DNA from: Stegostoma tigrinum | Lineage: Eukaryota | Reading direction: 5' to 3' | Assembly (NCBI RefSeq): GCF_030684315.1 | Contig: NC_081387.1 | Location: forward strand, 25,538,647-25,602,646 | DNA length: 64,000 nt | In this document: positions 1 through 13,199 of the stretch, piece after piece | How the letters are laid out: each line of letters starts with the position of its first letter | How positions within the stretch are numbered: position 1 is the stretch's first letter | Made by a program: the position numbers and the translations under genes | Notes under the pieces: model-generated | What the model saw: only the letters and a program-made list of their open reading frames with translations | What the model was told of the DNA's origin: nothing | Database searches by the model: none

Positions 1-410
1 TTACTGGAGCATAGGAGGTTGAGAGGCAACCTTATCAAAGTTATACAAAACAATGAGAGGTATACATAGAATTAGTGGTCTTTTACATAGAATCCTTTCC
101 CTAGGATGCGGGATTTCAAGACAAGGGGACAAATTTTTAAAGTGAGAGGAGAGAGATTTAAAAAAAGACATGAAAAGCAAATTTTTTTACACTGAAGGTG
201 GTTTGCATGTGGAATAAACTTCCTGAGGAAGTGGTGGATGTGGGTACAATTACAACATTTTAAACACCTTTGGATAAGGACATGAATAGGAAAGGTTTGG
301 AGGGATATGAGCCAGGAGCAGGCAGGTGGGACTAGTTTTGTTTGGAATTATGGTCAGCATGAACTGGTTGGACTGAAGGATCTGTTTCTGTGCGGTATGG
401 CTTGATTGAC
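1..410 (+). mobile_element. CR1-type LINE 3' end fragment
   Basis: Decayed [21 protein letters not shown]-terminus plus 3' UTR; same family as 8590-8960 and 20880-21280. Confidence 0.8.
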
Positions 411-642
411 TTTGAATGTTGGCCAGGAGACCAAGACAATCCCATTTACAGGTAGAAGGGGCTTAAGGACAAGTCTGCAGCAACAGGATAGCAAGGCTCA
501 ACTCATAAACGTTTGAAGGCTGGCGCCCTTGATCAGGCAGTGTCACTTTCCACTCCCACCTTGACATTGTCCCAGTGAATCACGTGATGAAGTTCTGTCA
601 GACAGCAAGGCATAAGAAGAGACAGGGTCAAAAATGACCTAC

Positions 643-2935
643 CTGCTTTAACAGTGAGTGTGACTCCACATCCACTCCAGTCTGTGCTGAATGGGAAGTA
701 AGTGTTAGAGCTGCCACAGTAATATCTGGCTGAATCTTCTTGTCGGAGACCTTTTATTGTCAGTGAGAACTTCTTGCTGGTCCAGTCCTTTGAGCCAATA
801 AAACGATCGCTTACCACGGATGGGTAAAGAGCAGCACTCGATCCCGGCATCCAGTAAAGAATCCACGAGATCATGAGATCTCCCGGCTTGGCGGATCCCC
901 AGATGAGGTAATAATTATCCATGGTCCTGGAGGTGAAACAATTCAACGTCACCGTTTCATTTTCCCAGCGACTCAGAGATATGGGCGAGATATAGAGAGT
1001 GTCATCAGCTATCAAAGGGCCTGCAAGGAAAAAGACCACATTCATGAGTCAGCTCACCGTCAACCAGACTTAAAGTCATTGGCAAAGACGCCAAAGAAAT
1101 GCCAAATTGTTTGTTTTGACACGGCGAGTTATAGAATTAAGAAGGTGTTGCATTGAAATAAAGTGCATTTCACAAACATCAGACTTCTCCAAATACTTGA
1201 TAGCAATGGGCTTCTATCCACACTGAACTGAAACCCTACTCTGTAAAAAAATTCTCCTGAACATATTTCAGGAACACATGGCTCTGTCTGCTCTTCATGC
1301 TGGTACTATCCCTGTCTATATTTGGATAGTTCCGTTTCAGCTGCTTTAAAATTCTGTCATTTCCTTGCAGATTTGTCCGTCCGTACCTTTCCCATTGCCA
1401 GTTCCCTGTAGAATACACCACGCAATGTAATGATTCTTCTGTCATCCCCTAACTCTAACCAAACATATTCTCTCCTTGATGCTTCTGTCCACACTGTCAT
1501 GTTCAGATTTGCCTCCCTTTCTGCTTTCATTCCTTCCCATTTTTCTTAGAACAGCTTGTATCCAGGAGTATTCAACACCCAGTCCTGCCCTTCCCGGATT
1601 CAGGTCCTCACTGTTGTCCCACCATCAGGTTTCAAAGGGACTAACTGTCCCAGTAATCTGGGAATCATATTTATCACACACTATTCATGCACAATAAACT
1701 GAATTTGGTTTATTCCACTCCCGTTTACTGTGATCTCAATCCTGTTTATTATCATTTCCTCCTTTAATATTACCTGTCTTTGCCAAATCTCTGTGTATCT
1801 TTCATCTCCAGTATGACCTCCTTGTTCGCCCAACGCTGCCATGTTTGCTTAACATCTACTTGATATGCAAGCTGCCTCACAAGGATCTCAATGCTGTTTT
1901 TCTCAGAAGCAAACTGTCAGGCCTGAGCACACCCTAACAACCAATGAATCCAAAACCTCCCTCCTGCACCAACCCTCCACCTGTGCTCTGAGTTGTTCCA
2001 ATCTCCTATTTCTGCACCCACTGGCACCTTGGGGATGCCCTACGGATTACTGTGTTTGAAATCTGGATTGTTGATATCTTCCTCAGCTCCCTAGGTTCTG
2101 CCCTTATCCTGCTTTCAGGGGAAAATACGAAACGTATAGAGGGACAAATCTGAAAGAAAATGAGAATCAGAATGACAGAATAAGCAGCGGGAATGAGGGA
2201 CTTGAACTATCTGAATCAAAGCTGGGATAGTGCCAGCAGAAAGGGCTATGGGTTCCTGATGTGTGTTCAGGAGAGTTTTCTACAGAGTATGAGACCCAGG
2301 GTCTGCTGCATCTGGTTTTGAAGAACAAATTGAAGATGTGGAATTGGACTGCAGAATGCGTACAGCGCTGAATGTGCTATTTGGCACAACTTTTCCATGT
2401 GGGCCTTCCGCAACAGGAATTCAGTTTGGCCCATTTCTCCACAATTACCCTCCGCCTTACCCCAAAATACTGCAATTTTATTTTCTCTTTGGTTAATTGT
2501 CCAATTCTCTTTCAAAAGCTGCAAAGTACAATAAATCAGTGTTTACTCTGTGCTTGAGCAAGGATTTAGAATCTAGAGTCTAAACCGGAACCATACGCAG
2601 AAATTGGAAGCTCTCCACTCCCCACTCCCCTCCTCCCCAAAGTCCGTTTCTGCTCCCCGCTCGGTGAGCCCAACTTTCGTGAGGAGGGGTGAGGGTGTGG
2701 AGACAAGACCAGGTGAAGACAGACAGGATCACGCTCCCCTCTGTCTCCCATCGCTTTCTAGGCCCACACCCACCTTTGGTGAGGACCAACATTGACCCGT
2801 TGTCCCATTAAGACTCACGTGGCTCCAAGAGTGCCAAAGAGAAGGGGAAAGGGAGGACAAAAGTCAAAGAGGCCAACGACACCCACCAGGCAACCTACCT
2901 GCAAGGGCAGCGAGCAAGAACAGAACTGGCCACAT
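643..2935 (-). CDS. Non-rearranging VJ-type Ig-superfamily gene (leader exon plus germline-joined V-J exon); partial, 3' exons lie beyond the left edge
   Basis: Leader exon 2935-2899 reads ATG TGG CCA GTT CTG TTC TTG CTC GCT GCC CTT GCA G|gtaggt (MWPVLFLLAALA-G, A at -3). V exon 1020-643 (378 nt) has acceptor tttttccttgcag and donor gtaggt, both phase 1. The spliced protein is MWPVLFLLAALAGPLIA-DDTLYISPISL..VTLNC..YLIW..RFIGSKD..FSLTIKGLRQEDSARYYC..WSGCGVTLTVKA: canonical V-set Cys/Trp/Cys plus a J-like GxG-x-TLTV strand in the same exon. Confidence 0.88.
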
Positions 2936-3979
2936 TCTTTGAGCTCTGCAGCAAATTCTTCACAAATGGCAATCTGTGATTAGCTTTGGATCTTAGGCCT
3001 GTTTGAGATGACTGAGAGGCATTTGGTTGCCTCCGAGTGGTTCAGTGGCTCAACTGAAAGTAAGATAGAGTTGGTTGCTGAATATTGATCTGCCATGGAC
3101 CCCTTCCCAGTCTGATTCACCTATTGCAACAGACTGTTGTACAGGTTAATCGTTCACTCGTGAAGTCTGGCATAAATAACTCCAATGGTACCTTGTACTG
3201 AACAGGAAAACTTTCCTCTAAAACTGAGCAATTCATTGAATTATATTCATTGTACTGGGTTTGGAACAAGTGCGTTGTTGCTCTTGTTACATTTCCTGCT
3301 CGTTCTGAAAGATAAACATATGGGCAATGTGGAAAATTACTGCACGTATTTTTGGAACATTGTTTTGATGCTGAACAAATGTAAATGGGTAAAATTTCAC
3401 TGAGACTGAAACAAGCTTAGACCCTCTGGACCGAACTGTTCATTACCGGGATAAGAAGAGGGGCATGATTTTAAAGCAGGAAATTTAGAGGGGATTTGAG
3501 AAATTTTTTTTCACAGGGATGGTGGCAGGAATCCAGAACGCAGTGTCTGAGAGGGTAGTAGAGGTGGGAAGACTCAGAACCATTAAAGGGTTACATACAT
3601 GAGCACTTGAAATGTCATAACATTCCAGATTAGGGGTAAAGGCTGAATGGGCTGAAGGGCCGCTTCAGCGTTATATGACTTAGAGGGCCATAACTCACTG
3701 GCCCCATGAGCTGTAGCTTTCTAGCCACACATTGTTGCCTGCTCAGAGTCACATCTAGCCAACACTGGGTATGAACAGCAGATTTCTTTTCCAAAAGGGC
3801 ATTATCAGATGAGTTTTTACAATCATTGATGACAAGCTTCATCTCCAGTATCTAGCTTCATGTCCCAAATTTATTAATTTACATTGTCTCCTCCACACTG
3901 CCAAGGCAGGAATTGAACTCCTGTTCCCACAGCATGCGCCTTTGGCAAAGTGACATTATCTCTCTATCACCATTACTCC

Positions 3980-4680
3980 CACTTCTTTGGAATGCCTAAA
4001 CTTTCAGTGGCATTACCATCGCTCAATCCCTCATTATCAACATCCTGAGGCTTACCATTGCCCAGGAATGGAACTGGACATGCCACATAAACATTGTGAT
4101 TACAACAGCAGGTCAGAGGATGGGAATTCTGTTGTGGTAACTCATCTCCTGACTTCCCAAAGCCTGTCCACCATCTACAAGGTACAAGTGAGGAGTGTGA
4201 TGGAATACTCTCTACTTGCCTGGATGAGTGCAGTCCCAACAACACTCAAGAAGCTTGACACCATTCAGGACAGAACAGCCCGCTTGATTGGCACCACATC
4301 CACAAACACCCACTCCCTCCAGCACCGATGCTTAGTAGCAGCAGTGTGTACTGTCAACAAGATGCAATGCAGTAATTAATCAAAGCTCCTTACAAACATA
4401 CATCCTCTACCATCTAGAAGGGGAAGGGTAGTCGACCCAGGGGAACACCAGCCACTGCAAGTTCTCTCCAAACCACTCTCCGTCCTGACTTGGAAATATA
4501 TTGCTGTTCCTTCACTGTCTCTGGGTCAAAGTCCTGAAACCCCTTCTGAGCCCTTGCAGTCCCTACAATCCAAGGCCTCCAGTAGTGCAAGGAAACAGCT
4601 CACTGCTGCCTTCTCAGTGAGCAACTGGGAATGGGCAATAAATGTTCACCAATGATGTCAGCATCCCACAAATGAGGGAA
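3980..4680 (+). mobile_element. CR1/L2-clade LINE 3' fragment (shark family)
   Basis: ORF 3987-4379 has the RT C-terminus STIYKVQVRSVMEYSLLAWMSA..LDTIQ, followed by the family 3' UTR. Confidence 0.75.
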
Positions 4681-5699
4681 AAAAACCTGACCTTGGTCTC
4701 TTGTTAGAAGATCTCTTTGTCTAATCTGTGAATGTTAAATTGTGTTTAGTAACATTCTTATGAAGCATTTTCGGACACTTATTGTAATATGTAAAGGTAG
4801 GTTAGGAAGCGCCACAGAGAGTGGTGGAAATCGGAAATTCTCTTGCTCCAGAAGGAGCTGATCACTGGAGGTTAATTGAAATGTTTGAGAGTAACAACAA
4901 TAGATTTTGTTTTGCAATGGGCAGCAATAAGTATGCAGCAAATGCAGGTAACAGGACAGAGAAACAGTTCAACCGTGATCCCAGAGGCTGACAGATTGTG
5001 CTTGATGGGCCAAATGGCCACATTCTGTAACCCTTCAGCTGATACAGCAAGATTATTTGTCTCTTTTCAGCTTGGCATACATTGGAATCAATATCACTGG
5101 CTCTGTGAGTGATCACCCCAGTTAATAGTTAATGGGATCGGGTCATTAGTTGCACGAATATCATTCCAAATATTCAGTTTTCAATCAAACTGTTAACAAA
5201 TTTATCATTTCAATCACACGTTTGAGGCCAGTATTGTTCACAAACTAAAGTACGGTTCCAAAAACAAAATTATACTTTGGAACTTTTAATAAAATATTCA
5301 ATTTACTGACATAAACAAGTCAGAGCAAATGAATAGTTGAATGTTTAAGGTCCAACGAAAGATTACAAAAGTTTATCGACTTCTGAACTTAGTCAGATAG
5401 CGTCCGGGCTGCAGAATGAACACAGTGAAATGTGTAGCAGAGGTTTACGGGCTCTCTCTACTATTAACAGTTTCCCTATGTAAGCTCATATATTAGAGGG
5501 GCATGTACTGGAGTTCACCCAAGTCATTGTGAAATGGAGCTGAAGGTATTTGCTGATGCTGACATATTTACTACAGTCTGTAGTCTTCTTCAAAACTCAG
5601 GAGTCTAATGTGTGTCTCCTTAATACAATACATGCTTATTTGTTAATGCAGCTGTCTAGAGAATGGTTACAACACAGAAGGACACTCAGCCCATAACGT

Positions 5700-6465
5700 T
5701 GATACTGGCTCACTGTAAGAGGAATTCACCGAGTGGCACACTTTTGTGATTTGGTCATAGTCCTGCAAATATTTCCTGTTCAATGATGATTGGTCGATTG
5801 AATTATTGTCACATGTACTGCAGTACAGTGAAAAGTTTTGTTTATGAACGGTCAAGGCAGATCATAGTAAGCAAGGTTGGACAGATCAAAATGATTTAGA
5901 CAGAAGCATTCAAATTATATAGCACAAGGCGTGCATTAGGCAATATCAATGTCGGCAAGATCAATCATTATATGAGGCTAAACAGTCCATTCATCAGTCT
6001 AATAGCAGCTGGGAAGAAGCTGTTCCTGAGCCTGCTGGTGCATATGTTCAGGCTTCTGTATCTTCTGCCTGATGTAAGAAGTTATAGGTCATTACCAGGC
6101 TGTGATGAGACTTTTATAATGATGGCCACCTTTCCGTAGCAGCGAGCTGTGTAAATGGAGGTAATGGATGGAAGCTTGGCTTCCGTGATGGTCTGCACTG
6201 CAGTTTCTTACGGTCCTGGGCAGATCAGTTGCCATACCAGGCCGTTATACATCTGAACAGTATGCTTTCAGTGGTGCATCGGTCAAATTTGGTGATGTTC
6301 CTCATGGACATGCCAAATTTCCTGAGCCACCTGATGAAGGAGAGGTGCTGTTGTGCCTTCTTGACTGTCACATCTACACAGGCAGTCCAGGACTGGTTGT
6401 TGTTTATAGTCACTGTGAGTAACTTGACGTTCTCCACTCCCTCAACCTCAGTTCCATTAATGATG
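5700..6465 (-). mobile_element. Rex1/L2-type LINE 3' fragment
   Basis: ORF 6225-6572 contains VKKAQQHLSFIRWLRKFGM..RCTTESIL..CITAWYGN, an RT C-terminal region. Confidence 0.75.
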
Positions 6466-7215
6466 AAAGCCTTGGTTGAATCAGCTTCCACCACTCTCCC
6501 AAGCAAGGCCAGCCAATCACTCAGTGTGTGTGCTAAAGCTTGTCCTCGTTTCACTCTAGTTCCTTTTGCCAATCACGAAAGTTGGTGTCCTCTGGTTTTC
6601 AATCCTTTCCACCAGTGGGAACTGTTCTTACCGAAATATTCCATCCAGACCTCTTGTAATTTTGAAGATCTCGAGCAAATTTCCTCTCAACCTTCCCAAA
6701 GGAAGACCTGTCCAATAAAATCTAATGGATATTTGTGTTAACTTTGGAATCTGATTTTGTTAAGATCGCTTTGCAGATGTGAGAGAATAAAAGTCACTTT
6801 TTGTAACTTACAATGGTTTGTCAAACTCTGATACCAGTTTGGGAGAAATGGTGGTACCAAGCTGTCATAGTGTGATCAAGACTGATCTGTGTGTGTTGTC
6901 CAAGGTTAAGTTTTGTCACAGATCTCAGTATCGGCTGTGAGAGAGATTCCTGCACTCTCTAACTCTAACTAAGACAGCATCCTATTTGCTGCCTTTAACT
7001 GTGTCCACATTGCTCCAAGCAAACAGGGATCCTTTAAAGGAAGATTTCATTTCCATTGCAATTTACATACGGACAGTCGTCTCTTAGTTTTCCATCTCTT
7101 TCTTATCGAAGTTTAAATTATCTCGTTACCCTCCTGTAAAATTTTGCAATCTGCATTTCTCATGTACGATTCAAGTGTATGTGCACACAGCTCATTGAAA
7201 TTGGGATATAAATCA

Positions 7216-7575
7216 CAGAATCATAGATCATAGAAGCTCTGCAGTGTGGAAGCAGGCCATTGAGTCCATCAAGTCCACACCAACAATCTGAATAGCATCC
7301 CACCCATAACCGACCCCCACCCCCTCCATCCTATCTCTGTAACCCTTTATTTCCCGAGACTAATCAACTTGATCTACACATTCCTGGAAATTTAGCATGG
7401 CTGAGCCACCTATTCTGCACATATTCGGACTGTGGGAGGAAACCTGAGCACCTGGAGGAAACCCACGCAGACACAGGGAGAATATGCAAACTCTACAGTC
7501 ACCCAAGGGTGGGAACAAACCTGCGTCCCTGGTGCTATGAGACATTAGTGCAAAACCCTCAGCCACTGTACTGCC
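7216..7575 (-). mobile_element. tRNA-derived SINE (HE1/V-SINE-like)
   Basis: On the minus strand: tRNA-like head, the core gagtttgcatattctccctgtgtctgcgtgggtttcctcc..ctcccacagtcc, and a LINE-like tail. A second copy lies at 32424-32745. Confidence 0.8.
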
Positions 7576-7789
7576 AAAATATACTTTTACATTTTTTATG
7601 TTTAACTGAGTATGTTTTCATCTAATACATTACTTTTTAACTAAAAAAAAACTAATAGTTAGACCGCGGACCATTAGATATAGGTGCAGAATTAAGCCAT
7701 TCAGCCCATCATCACTGCTCCACCATTTGATCATGGCTGGTATGTTTCTCAACCCCATTCTCCTGCCTTCTTCCTCTACCCTTCATCCT

Positions 7790-8962
7790 CTTACTGATGA
7801 GGGCAGAATGGTCAATTTTGTTTATTTGGAGGTTAGTAAAGCATTTGATAAGGTTCCATATGGTAGACTAATCAGTAAAGTTAGATCACATGGGATTCTG
7901 GGTGAGCTTGCCAATTGGATACAAAATTGCTTTAATGACAAGAGACAGAGGGTTGTGATGGAGAGCTGTTGTTTGGAATGGAGGCCTCTGAAAAGCACTG
8001 TTCCATACGGACTTTTGTGTGTCATTTATAGGAATAATTTTGATGAAAATCGAGGAGGCAAAGTTAGTAGGTTTGCAGATGACACCAAAATTGGTGGTGT
8101 AGTAGACAGTGAAGAAGGTTATCTACAAGTACAAAGAGATCTTGATCAATTGGGTCAATGCGCTGTGGCTCAGATGGAGCTTAATTTGGACAAATGCAAG
8201 GTATTGCATTTTGGTACAACAAACAAGGGCAGAAGTTATACAATTAATGGTAGACCCCTGGATAGTGTTGTAGAACAGAGAGGCCTAGAGGTTCAGAGAC
8301 ATAATTCTTTGAAATTCCTGTCACAGATAGACAGGGTGGGTGAGAAGGCATTTAGCACACTTGCCTTCTTTGCTCAGACATTTGAGTACAGGAGATGGGA
8401 CGTCATATTGAAGTTGTACAGCATGTTGATAAGACTTCTTCTGGAATACAGTGTACAGTTCTGGTCGCCCTGTTATAGGAAGGATATTATTAATCTGGAA
8501 AAGGTTCAAAACAGATTCACAAGGATGTTTCCAGGAATGGAGGGTTTGATTTATGAAAATAGGCTAATAGGCTCAGACTTTTTCACTGAAGCTTAGGAGG
8601 TTGAGGGGTGACCTTTCAGAAGTTTATGAAATTATAAGGGCACAGATAAGATGAACAGTATGGGTCTTTTCCCTAAGGTGGGAGAGTTCAAAACTAGGGG
8701 GCATATTTTTAAGGAGAAAGATTTGAAAAGGACTTGGGGAGCGCCTTATTTTGCAGAGAGTGGTTAGAGTGTGGAATGAACTGCCAGAGGAAACGGTGAA
8801 TGCAGGTACAGTTACAGCATGTAAAAGGCATTTGGATAAGTGCATAAATAAGAAAGGTTTGGAGGGATATGGTCCAAACACAGTCAGGTGGGAGTAACTT
8901 AGTTTGGGGACATTGTGAGCTTGAACTAATTTGACTCGGGTCTGTTTCATGCTGTATGACTC
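7790..8962 (+). mobile_element. CR1 LINE, 5'-truncated, decayed RT
   Basis: ORF 7727-8596 contains KAFDKVP, FADDTKIGG and LEYSVQFWSP, followed by the 3' UTR. Confidence 0.9.
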
Positions 8963-8964
8963 GA

Positions 8965-10330
8965 TAATTAAGAACCTATCTACCTTTGTCTTAGAGACAC
9001 TCAATGACTTGGTCTCCACAGATTTCTGTGATAATGAATTCCACAGATTCATCACCCTCTGGAAGAAGGAATTCTTCCTCATTCCAGTTCTAAAGGGTCA
9101 TCTCTTCACCCTGAGGCTGTGGTTCCAGATCCTAGTATCTTCTATTAGTGAAAAAAATCTTCTCCATGTTCACTCTATCCAGACCTTTTAGTATTCTGTA
9201 AGTTTCAGTCAGATGCCCCCATCCTTCTAAACTGAATTGAGTACAGACCCAGAGTCCTCAACTGCTTCTCAAATGATAAGCTCTTCATCATCGGGATCAT
9301 TCTTGTAAACTTTGTACAACCCCTCCAATGCCTGCACATATTTCCCTAAATATGGCGTCCAAAACTGCTCACAATATTCCAAATGATGTATGACCATAGC
9401 CTTACATAGTCTCAGTAGTACATCTCTACTTTTGTTTGTGAGCCCTCTCAAAATGAATGCCACCATTGTGTTTGACTTCCTAACTATCAACTGACCCTGC
9501 AAGTAAACATTAAGGAATCATAACCTAGGAATCCCAAGTCCCCTTGTGCTTTAGATTTCTGAAGCATTTCCCTATTTTGAATGTAGTCTTTGCATCTATT
9601 GTTCATACCAAAGTGCATAAGCTCACATTTTGCCACAATGTATTGCGTCTGCCACTTCGCTGTCCACTTGCCAAGCATGTCCTAAGTCCTTCTGCAGCCT
9701 CCCTGCTTCCCCAGCACTACCTCTACCTCCAAGTATCTTTGTGTCATCTGCAAACAATGTCCTCAGTTCCTTCATCCAGATTGGAAAATGATATTTGTGA
9801 TATTTGTGATATATGTGATATTTGTGGTTGCAACATTGACCTCTGCAGAACTCAAATAGTTACCTGCTGCCAGTGTGAAAAAGGGCTCTTAATCCCTACT
9901 CTCTCCCTTCTGCCAGTCAGCCATCCTCAATCTGTGCCAGTGCCTTTCCCTTAACAAACACCATGGACTCTTACCTCATTCAGCAGCCCCCTGTGTGGCA
10001 GCTTGACAAAGGCCTTCTGGAAATCCAGACAGATTACGTCCACTGATTCTCCTTTGTCTAATTTGCTCGTTACCTTCTCAGACAATTCTAACAGATTTGT
10101 CAGGCATGGCCTGCCCTCAACAAAGCCAAGTTCTAGACAATTCTTTAGAAAATGGATGTAAACAGATAAGTGCACATTGAGTTCAGAGGTAGAGGTAGGG
10201 ACTGAAGGGATTAAAGGGCATGGGGAGAGTGAGGGAACAGGGGCTTGAGTTGAATGATCAGCCATGATCATATTGAAAAGTAGAGTAGGCTTCATGGCCA
10301 AATGGCGTACTATTGCTCCAACATTCTACT
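8965..10330 (-). mobile_element. CR1 LINE fragments, decayed
   Basis: Minus-strand ORF pieces CLTNLLE..VDVICLDFQKAF, HLEYCEQFW and NSFFQRVMNLWNSL. Confidence 0.85.
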
Positions 10331-12231
10331 TTCCAATATTTCTACGAATTGGCCAATACCGTGTTTTTAAATTCAAACCCCTGCTGCATTCCAATGAGGA
10401 AAAGCAGGGAGCCATTTCCTCTCACCTGTTGTAATAACATACAAGAATGGCTCTTTTTAAATGCAATGAAGGTTTCTGCCTCTTCCACCTCCTCAGTAGC
10501 AAATTCAGGATAAAGTAAAATATTTCTCAATCCCACTAACCACTACTAGTTACTGTGTATGTATTCCCCCATGGTATTCATAGAAAAACAATAACTGTCC
10601 ACTCTATCTAGGCCCCTCGCAATTTATAAACCTCAAATGTAAGTTTCCCTTCTCTCCTGTCTCTTCCAAAGAATAGAACCCTGATCTATTCCTCATTGCT
10701 AGAGTACTTCATTGTGAAAATATCCTCTGTCAGTGACTTCTGAACTGCCTCTAGTCCTGCAATGCAGGGACCAGAACACCATACAGTGGTTCAGCTATGT
10801 TCTACCTGCAGTTGTAGCATGACTTCCTGGCTTTTAAGTTCTGTTTCTCAGATAAAGAAAATATCTGATGAAAATAAAAGCAGGAAAGTGACACATATTC
10901 CTTCTAAACTATTTTATGTACCTGTCCTGTCATCTCCAGTGATCAGTGAATATGCATTCCAAGGTCCCTCTGTTCTTTGACACTTTTCTCCCGTGCTGCC
11001 ATTTATTATGTATTTCTCATTTATTGTGTATTTCTCTGCCTTACTACCCTGACTTACGATGCATTATCCAATATTCCACTTGCTGCTTATTCTCCTACCT
11101 GGCCATTCCATTGATAGCTGTCTGCTGTTCCTAACTTTCTTCCACATTTTCAACCTGGTGACCAATTCTGTATATCAGGAACCTTTACATTTCCAACCAG
11201 TCACTTACCTCAATGTGTGCATGACCCTGTTTCTGTTGGTGAGATGCGTCATTGACTATTCGTAAATAATTTTGCAGATCCATCAGTTACTAATAATATC
11301 TTAGAAAAACAGCACAATTGTAAAACTACTGATGCAATCTTGCTACATTTATTCAGTTCTCTGTCACAGAATATCGATGATTCTCACATTCCTGCATAAT
11401 GTAGACTCTATGTCTGTGATGCTGCCTTTTAATGATGTGGGAGTCTAATTCCAATGCTGGCAGCAAGACAAAAGCAACAAAGTGTGAAAGTTGGAAATCA
11501 GAAATAAAAACAGAAGTTGCTGGTAGCACATGGCCGATCTGAAGCAGCATAATGTTTCGACCTTTCGTCAGAACTTGAGAAAAGAAGATGGACAAGTTAG
11601 AGAAGCTCTGTGTTGGAATTTTTAAAAAAAATTCATCATGCAATAGCCAAAATGGTTAAGTTAAAAAAAGACAAAGGTTGTATACAAATGATCTGTGAAT
11701 GACTTAATCAGATTCACAATCCAACTAATGAGCAATATCTCCTTTTTAGGCCTGATGAGCACAAGATGAAAAATTGCAATGCATGTCCCACCAGCAACTA
11801 TGTAAAACCATGTGTGCAATATGCAGCACTCCTTTGGTACTGCACCAACATTTCAGCCAGGATTCTAGTGTTCAAATTTTGGAGTGGCACTTGGACCCAC
11901 AACCTGCCGAATTCACCCATCAGATCTTGCTCAGGCTGGTGATAGGTGTGGTGTAGATGTTGGGGAGTTGTGACAGGAGAGATAGTAGATTTTGCAGTTT
12001 CATTGTGGTGTTCTGCAGGGGACAGGGGCATCTTATATCTCTTCCAAATCGTTGTTCCATTCTATTCAAGTCAATGAAGTGTAAACCAGGATCAGACATT
12101 AAACCAGCTTTCCATTTACTACCAATTGTTCAAAACCTCTGTGGTAAGTCAGAATCTACACCCTGGATTCTTACAGAAGGTATTCAAACTCCACAGCAGT
12201 ATCCAATAAACAAAATAACAATTAAAAGCTA

Positions 12232-13025
12232 CAAAGGTTATAGGGAGAAGGCAGGAGAATGGGGTTGAGAAACTTATCAGCCATGATTGAATGGCAGAGT
12301 AGACCCGATATGTCGAATTGTCAAGTTTCTGCTCCTCTGTCTTATGGTCTTATAGACACCCACATTCCTAATGTCATGAGATAACAAGGTTTCGAGCTGG
12401 ATGACACAGCAGGCCAAGCAGTATCAGAGGAGCATGAAAGCTAATGTTTCAGGCTGAGAAAATCCCAATACTGCTGATGGATAAATTGAGGTGTAATTTA
12501 CACAAAGCATTGATTTAAATAGTTTTGATGTAAAAGAATCCTATAAACTCACTTTCAATATACCCCTGCAGGATATATTGTCCAACCAGACCATTGAGGA
12601 ATCAGTCATTGATTCCTTTATTTAGTCCAATATTTAAGGTGGCAGGGTAAAAGTTTTAATGGGTGAGATAGAAAACAGATTTCACATGAGGAACACCTTT
12701 CCATTTATTTGTGGTCATTGTATCTTTCTCTGAAAATTAATATGCTGGCCACATTACAAACACACCTTCTTCAAAGATCTGGTCCAGGCAATGGTTTTCA
12801 ACCTGGAGCTCTGGTTCAGGAACAGTCAGCATTGTGTTACAAGGCCCCCAAACTCTGGAGCTCACAAGTCATTTTTGTTCATTTTTGTGGAATGTGGGTG
12901 TCCATAAGACCATAAGGCAGAGGAGCAGAAATTAGACCATTCGACATATCGGGTCTACTCTGCCATTCAATCATGGCTGATAAGTTTCTCAACCCCATTC
13001 TCCTGCCTTCTCCCTATAACCTTTG
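12232..13025. repeat. Inverted pair of ~122-bp CR1-tail fragments (12232-12353 and 12904-13025) with a 550-bp spacer
   Basis: The reverse complement of the right arm is identical to the left arm over the first ~87 nt. Confidence 0.9.
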
Positions 13026-13199
13026 ATTCCCTACACAAACCTTTTGCTGTCTTAAATATACTGACTGGCTAGGCTAGCGTTTATTCCCCAGCTTGAATTG
13101 CTCAGAGCACAATTAAGAGCCAACGTGATCGGTGTGGGTCTGGAGTCATATGTGGACTAGGTAAGAATGGCATATTTCCTTCCCTAAAGCATATTAGAG

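Noticed and set aside
533-1045. 170-aa ORF as a single-exon protein with a hydrophobic tail
   Set aside because: Both ends are intronic read-through; splice sites at 1020 and 643 and a true leader exon at 2899-2935 explain the ORF.
5421-5460. cacagtg heptamer as a possible RSS for the V gene
   Set aside because: There is no ACAAAAACC-like nonamer at 12 or 23 nt, and it is not adjacent to a coding segment.
9789-9826. 9-bp repeat giving DICDICDIC in ORF 9544-9954
   Set aside because: It is a slippage microrepeat inside an antisense CR1 fragment, and the ORF is spurious.
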